From Patescibacteria group bacterium (GTDB taxonomy: Bacteria > Patescibacteriota > Microgenomatia > UBA1400 > Chisholmbacteraceae), in assembly GCA_022564195.1 (NCBI GenBank), contig JADFLW010000005.1, forward strand, positions 6,808-70,807: DNA of 64,000 bases, read 5' to 3'. Within the stretch, counting starts at the first letter, position 1, and each line of letters begins with the position of its first letter. This document shows, piece after piece, positions 9,211 to 15,835 of this stretch. The translations under genes were made by a program, and so were the position numbers. The notes under the pieces were generated by a model. That model was not told where the DNA came from and made no database searches. It worked only from the letters and a program-made list of their open reading frames with translations.

Positions 9211-10524
9211 TTAATCAAACGTAACTTCGCAATGTTTGCAAATATCACAAGGCCCAACCATCGTATTCTCAGCGCGACAAACACGACAGGTGCCCGAATG
9301 ATAGGTCCATGACTTCTCACTGCTTCCAAACGATACTCCATCTAATGCAAGAACGGTAAACCCGTCCAAGGAAAACCCAATCGACGCAATCATTCCCGGC
9401 GGGCAACCACCACCCCCGACTCTCTGCGTTTCAAGATCTCCATAGCGATTAAGGAGATGTGCTTGTAGTCGTCCCGCTTCTATTACAACTGAATCCGCCG
9501 CGACACCCCCTTCGAAGCCCCTTAAGTGAAAACTCCTATTAACGTCCCGCCTCCATCGACAATCTTCCGTCAACTGATGAGCAGTGAGAATCTGCCCGCA
9601 CTCCGCAAAGACTTTGACAGCCCGCCGTGCAAAACTGTACGCCAGCTCTAATTCCGAGAGGCCCTTCTGATCCAAGCCCATTGAATGGGTACGCAGTTCC
9701 TCTCGTAAAGCTTCTGCTAAAAATGCAGCCGATTCCCGTAGCTGCGGCTCATAGGATGCAAAAGTTTCGGGAGCGAGACTCGAACCGAAACCAACACCAG
9801 AAACAACAAATCGATCATCGCTGTTGGCAATTTCATCAATCCGCGCAACAACATCATCAGCCGTTTGCATTATTGGGTTGTCCGAAATATCAATAGGACT
9901 TGAAACAAAAAACTCTGGAGTACTCTGCGAATCAGGAGGAGCGGCAACCCACTCAGCGAAACCAGACAGTTGAGCATGACCCTCAAGCGACAGCGCATTC
10001 TTATAAAACATCACACGGACTCGCCTACCTGCTCCTGGATCTCCTTCGACTCGATACACATACGTCAAGCTCACGCCGGTATAACCATCCTCTGCCGGTC
10101 CTGGAGGATAACTAAGAACGAATGTCGAACCATCGGGACAATCAAGGCATCTGCGTCGAAGCTCCCGCATGCCAACAAGCTCTGCGAGTTCTCGCTCGTA
10201 CGGCTTGCCAGCCGCCCTTCTCTTCTTTACTCCATTCAATGTAATGCGAGTGATGTCACCGAACGCTCGATGGTCAGCGGTAGTTAAAATCAGCCGTTCG
10301 TTTTCTCCTTCGCTAAACTCAAACTCAAAACTGCCTCGCCGCAGAACATCTTCTCCAACGGCGGTGGAAAAGTTAGCATAAAGACGTCGCTCAATGCTCT
10401 CTGTTACTCCACCAACGCGCAGGGCGGCATCAAACTCATCACGAAAATCAAAATGGGGATTAGTTACTTCAAGAACATTCATCCCCTCATGAAGATAAAC
10501 ACCTCTGCGTTCTGCTGCAGCCAT
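9211..10524 (-). CDS. hypothetical cytoplasmic protein with C-terminal Cys-rich zinc-ribbon
   Basis: 437 aa with no recognisable domain. C-terminus is CRVCRAENTMVGPCDICKHCEV. Start has GGAGA SD. Preceded by copy A of the duplicated element. Confidence 0.6.
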   Translation of the reverse strand: MAAAERRGVYLHEGMNVLEVTNPHFDFRDEFDAALRVGGVTESIERRLYANFSTAVGEDVLRRGSFEFEFSEGENERLILTTADHRAFGDITRITLNGVKKRRAAGKPYERELAELVGMRELRRRCLDCPDGSTFVLSYPPGPAEDGYTGVSLTYVYRVEGDPGAGRRVRVMFYKNALSLEGHAQLSGFAEWVAAPPDSQSTPEFFVSSPIDISDNPIMQTADDVVARIDEIANSDDRFVVSGVGFGSSLAPETFASYEPQLRESAAFLAEALREELRTHSMGLDQKGLSELELAYSFARRAVKVFAECGQILTAHQLTEDCRWRRDVNRSFHLRGFEGGVAADSVVIEAGRLQAHLLNRYGDLETQRVGGGGCPPGMIASIGFSLDGFTVLALDGVSFGSSEKSWTYHSGTCRVCRAENTMVGPCDICKHCEVTFD

Positions 10525-10556
10525 AAAAAATCTCCTGTACCCGACAGGAGGAATAC

Positions 10557-10580
10557 AAAGAAAACCTTCCCGAAGGAAGG
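10557..10580 (-). terminator. intrinsic terminator-like hairpin at the gene-proximal end of copy A
   Basis: The minus strand reads GGCCTTCCTTCGGGAAGG followed by TTTTCTTTG. The 3' arm of the hairpin contains GGAAGG. Confidence 0.5.
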
Positions 10581-10593
10581 CCTAATCTTAAAC

Positions 10594-10624
10594 TAGACGC
10601 TTAACGCTAGGCGCTAGACGCTAA
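10594..10624 (-). repeat. heptad tandem array TAGACGC-TTAACGC-TAGGCGC-TAGACGC-TAA, array 1 of copy A
   Basis: Four tandem 7-nt units TWRRCGC read on the plus strand. Duplicated at 10689-10719 and in copy B. Confidence 0.7.
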
Positions 10625-10688
10625 TTTATGCTCCTGCTCGGAAGAAAAGTTCCTCAAGCAACGTTCCTGACTCCTTAGTTCCTAACCC

Positions 10689-10719
10689 TAGACGCTTAAC
10701 GCTAGGCGCTAGACGCTAA
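10689..10719 (-). repeat. heptad tandem array, array 2 of copy A
   Basis: The same 31-nt sequence as 10594-10624. Confidence 0.7.
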
Positions 10720-10747
10720 ATTACAGTTGCGGCACAGCCCCAGGTTC

Positions 10748-10779
10748 CTCGCCTTCGCCGGAGCTCCGGCGAAGGCGAG
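10748..10779. repeat. perfect 32-bp palindrome CTCGCCTTCGCCGGAGCTCCGGCGAAGGCGAG
   Basis: The sequence equals its own reverse complement, with 16-bp arms. It lies about 25 nt 3' of the membrane-protein stop codon. It is flanked by a GGTTCC direct repeat. The equivalent segment in copy B is degenerate. Confidence 0.7.
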
Positions 10780-10803
10780 CCACTGGGTTCCGCTGCTACG
10801 AGG

Positions 10804-11391
10804 TCAAATAGTTATCAAACGTACAATGTCTAGTTTTCGTATCGATTGCCGGTTTAAAAAAGTGCGCCATATCTTGCTTCTAACAAACATCCGCAAAAAC
10901 TCCACCACGACAAACCCTGCCGGAACAAACAACAACGTGCTTGCCATCTGCATCCTAAGAAACGGCAACCCGTTGATGTATGACAGCAAAAGTCCCGAAA
11001 AATCTCGAGAATACATTCCCCAACCGTCAAGCAGCCACACCCCAAAGTTCGTCCACGAATAGAAGAACAGCGTTGCGCCCACACCCACGCCCGTCGCCAA
11101 AACCACGCGTTTCGCGCCGCCTGGGTTCCTCCGTCTCCCAAACACACCACTTGCGACCACTGCCGGAATCAGGAATCCGCTCCAGGTGAACAAGAAGATG
11201 TTCGTATTACCAAGAATCGTGTCAGAAAGCACCATCACCAAGAACACCAACCATAACGCCCACCGTCGCCCCAAATAAAAACTTGTTAAAAGCATCACCA
11301 TGGTTACCAACTCCACATTAGGTCCCAAATCAAAAACAACCCGTTCCAAAAAGGCCAACAAAACCAAAGTGATAAAGAAAAGTATTCGCAT
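10804..11391 (-). CDS. polytopic membrane protein, possibly an ECF-transporter S-component-like substrate-capture protein
   Basis: About 195 aa with 5-6 predicted TM helices (MRILFFITLVLLAFL..., LFTWSGFLIPAVVASGVF, ASTLLFVPAGFVVVEFL). Start chosen to give a 4-nt gap after the upstream stop. The ORF is open to 11481. Confidence 0.5.
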   Translation of the reverse strand: MRILFFITLVLLAFLERVVFDLGPNVELVTMVMLLTSFYLGRRWALWLVFLVMVLSDTILGNTNIFLFTWSGFLIPAVVASGVFGRRRNPGGAKRVVLATGVGVGATLFFYSWTNFGVWLLDGWGMYSRDFSGLLLSYINGLPFLRMQMASTLLFVPAGFVVVEFLRMFVRSKIWRTFLNRQSIRKLDIVRLITI

Positions 11392-11395
11392 TAAA

Positions 11396-11815
11396 TTATT
11401 TCGGCTCAATATATCTCCACTCAATGAGATCGCCATCGCGTACAACTTTCTTATCCGCCGCAACATCCCCTGACTCTCCATTCACAATGTAAATCCAGGC
11501 CCGCTCAGCCAAGCTCTCCTTTCCTCCAATTGCCTTCACAAAAATCCCAAAATCATACTGCTGCGAATCAATAGCAAGTCCTTCCTCACGAGCAACATGC
11601 TCCAACGCTCCATACACCGTACTTTCTGCAGGCACCCCAGAATAAGTAGAAATATTCCCGTCGCCAAAATCCAAAACCAGTGTTACACCTTGACGAACCT
11701 GTTCAACGGCAGCAGGAGGTGGAACCTCCATCCCAATCCCAGGCTGTCGACGCAACGCCCGCCACCCACCTCCGACAAGAACAAGAACAAAAAGAGCCAA
11801 AAGAAATTTTTTCAT
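11396..11815 (-). CDS. secreted DUF4430-like (transcobalamin-like beta-grasp) protein, putative cobalamin-binding
   Basis: Signal peptide MKKFLLALFVLVLVGGG. The C-terminal motif WIYIVNGE...WRY is typical of DUF4430. The family link is from memory, not a search. Confidence 0.5.
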   Translation of the reverse strand: MKKFLLALFVLVLVGGGWRALRRQPGIGMEVPPPAAVEQVRQGVTLVLDFGDGNISTYSGVPAESTVYGALEHVAREEGLAIDSQQYDFGIFVKAIGGKESLAERAWIYIVNGESGDVAADKKVVRDGDLIEWRYIEPK

Positions 11816-11816
11816 A

Positions 11817-11839
11817 ATAAAAACCTTCCCGAAGGAAGG
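11817..11839 (-). terminator. terminator-like hairpin of copy B, overlapping the ribosome-binding site of the DUF4430 gene
   Basis: The minus strand reads GGCCTTCCTTCGGGAAGG-TTTTATT-ATG. GGAAGG in the 3' arm sits 7 nt from the start codon. Confidence 0.5.
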
Positions 11840-12050
11840 CCTAATCTTAAACTAGACGCTTAACGCTAGGCGCTAGACGCTAATTTATGCTCCTGCTCGG
11901 AAGAAAAGTTCCTCAAGCAACGTTCCTGACTCCTTAGTTCCTAACCCTAGACGCTTAACGCTAGGCGTTAGACGCTAAATTACAGTTGCGGCACAGCACC
12001 GGATTCCTCACTCCACCGAAGCTCCGGCGAAGACGAGCCACCGGTTTCCG
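11817..12050 (-). repeat. copy B of the ~234-bp duplicated element
   Basis: See copy A. Its terminal hairpin and T-tract abut the ATG of the DUF4430 gene. Confidence 0.75.
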
Positions 12051-12157
12051 CTGCTTAAAGTCCACTTGTCAATGAAATCACGATAACAACACTATCAACA
12101 CGCTGTCAATAGACAGTTCCGTCCTTCGCTTCCTCTAGCTCTCTTCTTACGCTTGCT

Positions 12158-12865
12158 CTATTCCTCCTCTAGCTCTCCCTCAACCCCTTCCATCTCGGTC
12201 TCCTCTTGTCCATTTCCTGCCTCTAGAGCATCTTCAGAATCGCCCACTGCACCCTCATCTTCTTGAACCTGCTCCCCGACCACCTCCACAGCACGTTGGT
12301 ATCCACTCCTACTCTTTTCCAGAGACTCCTCCACGCTTGATTTTGCTTCATCAGGAACCCTGGCTAGAATACCAATGAGCACCTTCTCGTGTTTCCTGGA
12401 AGCACGCACGAATCGCTCATAAAACTCCTGGGTATCCTTACCAGCCTCGGTCGAGCGCTCCGCTTCCCCGACGGCTCGCTCAAGATAGATCTCCGCCTTC
12501 GTAACAGTCGATGAAGCCAAGCCAGCCTTGCCTTTCTCCGCCAGATCCAAAGCGGAAGCTATGCGCTTATCTCCAAAGTGAAGCATCAACTCAGCTCGAG
12601 CCAGGGCATCCCGCGTCAGCCAAAGCTGGATGCGATCACGAATCATCTTCAGAAAATACAACGGGTGATCAGGCAAAATTCCAGGGTACGGCAATGGATA
12701 CTCATCTGCCGCTTCTGCCAAGCGCTCTTCCACCACAACCTCCTGAGACTCCGCTTCGCTTTGAGCGGCAAGGGTAACAAGTGCAGGCCTTGAACGCCAA
12801 ATGGAAACGCCGGCCACAGAAACACCAAACAGGAAGACAAAAAGTACAAGCACGTTTCGCTTCAT
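12158..12865 (-). CDS. secreted or membrane-anchored DUF5667-like protein with an acidic C-terminus
   Basis: N-terminal anchor MKRNVLVLFVFLFGVSVAGV, an alpha-helical region and an acidic tail EETEMEGVEGELEEE. Resembles CPR-type DUF5667 proteins. Confidence 0.5.
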   Translation of the reverse strand: MKRNVLVLFVFLFGVSVAGVSIWRSRPALVTLAAQSEAESQEVVVEERLAEAADEYPLPYPGILPDHPLYFLKMIRDRIQLWLTRDALARAELMLHFGDKRIASALDLAEKGKAGLASSTVTKAEIYLERAVGEAERSTEAGKDTQEFYERFVRASRKHEKVLIGILARVPDEAKSSVEESLEKSRSGYQRAVEVVGEQVQEDEGAVGDSEDALEAGNGQEETEMEGVEGELEEE

Positions 12866-12896
12866 GCTACTCTCACCTCCAATCTGCTCTCTTGGG

Positions 12897-14132
12897 TTAT
12901 TCTCGAACCCCCAAATACTCAACGATCACTCGTGCATAAATCTCAGTTACTTTCCGTAAACTCTCAAGATCCACCCATTCATTCACACCATGATGGCCCT
13001 CGCCATCTGGACCAAACCCACTCACCGTAGGAATATCATGCGTGACCAACATCCATGCATCATTCCATGGTCCCGAACCCTCAATCTTTGGTGCAAACCC
13101 CAAAACCTCCTTTGTGTGTGTAGAAAGAAGCTCCACAATTTCTTCCTTACGATCAATCTCAACTGAAGGAACAAAGAGAAGATCTTCAAACTCATACCGA
13201 AGCCCAGGAATTCCAGCAAGTTTCTCACGGATCCAAATCTTCACCTGTTTATCGCTATTCCCTGGCATGAGACGGACATCACCATAAGCAACGCACTTAT
13301 CCGGTACACTACTGATAGAAACACCTCCAGAGATCTTGGTCGGAAAGGTTAAAACCGGAGATCGTCTTTGAAAAGCTCGCGCTGGCTTAAAGGGGATCTC
13401 AAGATTCTCCAAAGCAATAATCACTCGCGCCATATCAAGAATCGCGTTGCGCCCCATCTCCTTGCGCTCCCAAGCCCGACGCCCAGTATGAATCGCCTCC
13501 CCAAAGACAGTCAGCTTAAACCGGTAACCTCCTCTGGTACCAATCGAGATTGTATCAGTTCCAGGCTCTCCTATAATGGCAACGCGGGCGCGAATACCCT
13601 GCCCAAGCAGATAGCTTGTTCCAAACTCACTGCATCCACCCGGTTCTTCATCTACGGTAAATTCAAGGACGAGCCTTCCATCCAAGGCAACACCCGAATC
13701 CAAAAGCGCTTTCACCGCATAAACATAAGCCGAAAGAGCACCTTTCATATCAGCCGCGCCAACCCCATACAGTTTTCCATCACGCACAGCACCGGAGTGC
13801 GGATCAAGCGTATATCCCTCCCCAGCAGGTGCCGTGTCCATATGACCATTGAGAATCATACTCTTACGAAACCGCCGAGGTCCCCAATAACACACCACAT
13901 TTGGACGCTTCTTCGAAACTCCCAAGCGCCGGGGCGGTAGTCCAAATGAGCGCAATCGTTCATAAATAAGCTCCGAAACACCCAATTCGATCGGCGTCTT
14001 GGGGCTTGACTGCTCGGGGGTATACGGATTTTCGCTGTCTTCGCGCACGAGAGCCGAGGCAAAACTTGTCTGCTCGCTAAAGTTTTTTGAAACGACTGCG
14101 GAAATACGTTGGAAAAGCCGTGAAGAAATCAT
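12897..14132 (-). CDS. M20-family metallopeptidase (ArgE/DapE/CPG2-like)
   Basis: Motifs NGHMDTAP, GVGAADMKG and a TVDEEPGG-like segment are the metal-binding residues of the M20 family. Confidence 0.8.
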   Translation of the reverse strand: MISSRLFQRISAVVSKNFSEQTSFASALVREDSENPYTPEQSSPKTPIELGVSELIYERLRSFGLPPRRLGVSKKRPNVVCYWGPRRFRKSMILNGHMDTAPAGEGYTLDPHSGAVRDGKLYGVGAADMKGALSAYVYAVKALLDSGVALDGRLVLEFTVDEEPGGCSEFGTSYLLGQGIRARVAIIGEPGTDTISIGTRGGYRFKLTVFGEAIHTGRRAWERKEMGRNAILDMARVIIALENLEIPFKPARAFQRRSPVLTFPTKISGGVSISSVPDKCVAYGDVRLMPGNSDKQVKIWIREKLAGIPGLRYEFEDLLFVPSVEIDRKEEIVELLSTHTKEVLGFAPKIEGSGPWNDAWMLVTHDIPTVSGFGPDGEGHHGVNEWVDLESLRKVTEIYARVIVEYLGVRE

Positions 14133-14196
14133 GACGTAATGGTGATTCTACCATCAATAAGAAAAAAATCCAATCCACTAGAGGAAAAAGACAGAA

Positions 14197-14874
14197 TCAG
14201 ATAAATAACCCCGCCGCCATCGCCCAAAACGTATGAGAGAGAATGGGAGCAAAGATATTTCGGGTCCGAAGCATTAAAACCGCATTACCAAAGCCGACGA
14301 GGAAAAACAAGACAAGCTGAATGACAACAAATAAAAGTTGAGTATTCGACTCCACGAAAAGAATCGGGAGATGAAGCAAAGTGAACAAAAGCGAAGCCAG
14401 GCCAACGCTTCCCCACTCATCTTTCAAGACGTGCATAAACCGCAAAAGCATAAACCCAGAAAAAACGATCTGCTCCCAAAACGCGGTGATGAAAGAAAGC
14501 GTAAAGACGCTCAGTAAACGAAGGGGGGCAACGGAAAATCCACTCACGAACGTACCCCCAGAAAAGACAAGAATCCCTAATCGAACGGCGAGGATGTACA
14601 CCGCGCCCAGCGTCAAACCATAATAAAGCGAAAGAGAAAAACCCGTCTTGCGAAACCCAAAAGCCCGCAACACCTCTCTCCATCGTTTACCTTCGCCTGC
14701 AAGAACGGAAAACACTGGAGGCAGAAAGATAAGCGGCTTAAAAAGAAGCTCTTCAATGAAGACGGGAAACCGAAAAAGCAACCGGTAGAGTCCCCACAGA
14801 ATAAAGATCACCACGTAGACCATCAAGGTCCGTCGAAGAATTTCAATTCTTTTTTCTTGAGATGCTTCGCTCAT
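14197..14874 (-). CDS. CPBP-family intramembrane metalloprotease (CAAX protease/Abi)
   Basis: Multi-TM protein. Has an EExxxR-like WEQIVFSGF motif and FTLLHLP, both typical of the CPBP family. Confidence 0.7.
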   Translation of the reverse strand: MSEASQEKRIEILRRTLMVYVVIFILWGLYRLLFRFPVFIEELLFKPLIFLPPVFSVLAGEGKRWREVLRAFGFRKTGFSLSLYYGLTLGAVYILAVRLGILVFSGGTFVSGFSVAPLRLLSVFTLSFITAFWEQIVFSGFMLLRFMHVLKDEWGSVGLASLLFTLLHLPILFVESNTQLLFVVIQLVLFFLVGFGNAVLMLRTRNIFAPILSHTFWAMAAGLFI

Positions 14875-14903
14875 CGGTCTCCCAACAATCGAAAAAAGGC
14901 TTT

Positions 14904-15695
14904 ATGCTAGCGCTTTCGCGCACAACCATTCTACAGGATCTTAAAGAAGCACCAATGCAACAAAAAACCAGAGCGGTTCTAAATTTTCAAGTTGGTGTAT
15001 TGGTGTATGATGGTACAACCAAAGCGCTCCGTCACCAAGAACATATGCCCAAAAACCTCAAATACCGCAACGTCACTGTCTCGGGTCTCCCAACAGCTGG
15101 TTCGTCCACGCTCGGAATGGCGCTTGCGAAAGTATTGGGCTGGGAGTATTTCTCAGGGGGTGATTTCATGCGCCAGTACGCGATCAACAAAGGTCTATTT
15201 GACTCGAGCACCACAGCCCACCACGATGCCACCATTTACAGTGACAAGTTCGATCGGCAGGTCGATTTCGGAATGCGAAAGACACTAAAGTCCAAAAGAG
15301 GAAAAATCTTAGACTCATGGATTTCAAGCTTCATGGCGCAAGGAATTGACGGGACGTTGAAGATCTTAGTCTTCTGCTCTAACGATGCGCTGCGGATCGA
15401 TCGCATTGTCAACAGAGACAACTTGACGGTGGAAGAAGCCAAAATGCATATCTTTGAGAGAGAGAAAAAGAACGTGGAAAAATGGAGCAGGATGTACGCA
15501 AAGCAATGGAAAGAATGGGTGGTGGACACCGGACTAGTGGACGAATCAAAGCCCACCTGGTTTTGGTACCCGAAACTTTTTGACCTTACCATAGACACTT
15601 ACCACAACAGCAAACAAGAAACACTCAAAAAGGCACTGGAAAAGCTCGGCTTCAAAAAAACAATCGATTACCAAGGGATCTTTGCCGCACAATAG
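14904..15695 (+). CDS. cytidylate-kinase-like (AAA_18 / Cytidylate_kin2) protein with a degenerate P-loop
   Basis: VTVSGLPTAGSSTLGMALAKVLGWEYFSGGDFMR aligns with the Cmk N-terminus. The Walker-A Lys-Ser/Thr is replaced (GLPTAGSST). The ORF is open from 14862 and overlaps the CPBP gene. Confidence 0.55.
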   Translation: MLALSRTTILQDLKEAPMQQKTRAVLNFQVGVLVYDGTTKALRHQEHMPKNLKYRNVTVSGLPTAGSSTLGMALAKVLGWEYFSGGDFMRQYAINKGLFDSSTTAHHDATIYSDKFDRQVDFGMRKTLKSKRGKILDSWISSFMAQGIDGTLKILVFCSNDALRIDRIVNRDNLTVEEAKMHIFEREKKNVEKWSRMYAKQWKEWVVDTGLVDESKPTWFWYPKLFDLTIDTYHNSKQETLKKALEKLGFKKTIDYQGIFAAQ

Positions 15696-15810
15696 TCCTG
15701 CGCTGAATCCGAAAAGTTCGAATCGGCTGCTCTTCCCAAAACCAACAATCAACACATCCGCAAAAAATACTGCGCGAAGTTCTCTGCTTTGGCTCACAAC
15801 CAACGGCAAA

Positions 15811-15828
15811 GAACACACCTGGTACAAT
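15811..15828 (+). promoter_or_regulatory. putative extended -10 promoter (TGgTACAAT) 7 nt upstream of the PBP ATG, implying a leaderless transcript
   Basis: CTGGTACAAT ends at 15828 and the ATG is at 15836. No convincing -35. Confidence 0.3.
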
Positions 15829-15835
15829 AAGGAAC

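Larger units (their letters stand above)
10557..10790 (-). repeat. copy A of a ~234-bp duplicated intergenic element (candidate structured or regulatory RNA)
   Basis: About 176 nt of 10561-10736 are identical, bar 1 mismatch, to 11820-11997. The distal 55 nt are about 80% identical. Contains two heptad arrays, four GTTCCT repeats, a 32-bp palindrome and a terminal hairpin plus T-tract. Confidence 0.75.

Noticed and set aside
8847-9341. Three overlapping 78-119-aa ORFs in the nrdR upstream gap.
   Set aside because: They overlap one another, have skewed composition and no RBS. The region is better explained as regulatory or ncRNA space.
10557-12050. Cobalamin riboswitch in the duplicated element, given the adjacent DUF4430 gene and B12-dependent RNRs.
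   Set aside because: I could not find the B12-box consensus or the expected multi-stem junction in either orientation. The element may still be a ligand-responsive leader, but it is not a recognisable cobalamin riboswitch.
10557-12050. Composite transposon or IS element bounded by the 234-bp repeats.
   Set aside because: The repeats are direct, not inverted. There is no transposase, integrase or target-site duplication. The bounded genes are ordinary cellular genes.
15700-15725. tRNA-like T-loop strings, GTTCGAATC at about 15711 and TTCGAAT at about 24485.
   Set aside because: The flanking bases cannot form a 5-bp T-stem, an acceptor stem or an anticodon arm. No cloverleaf is possible.
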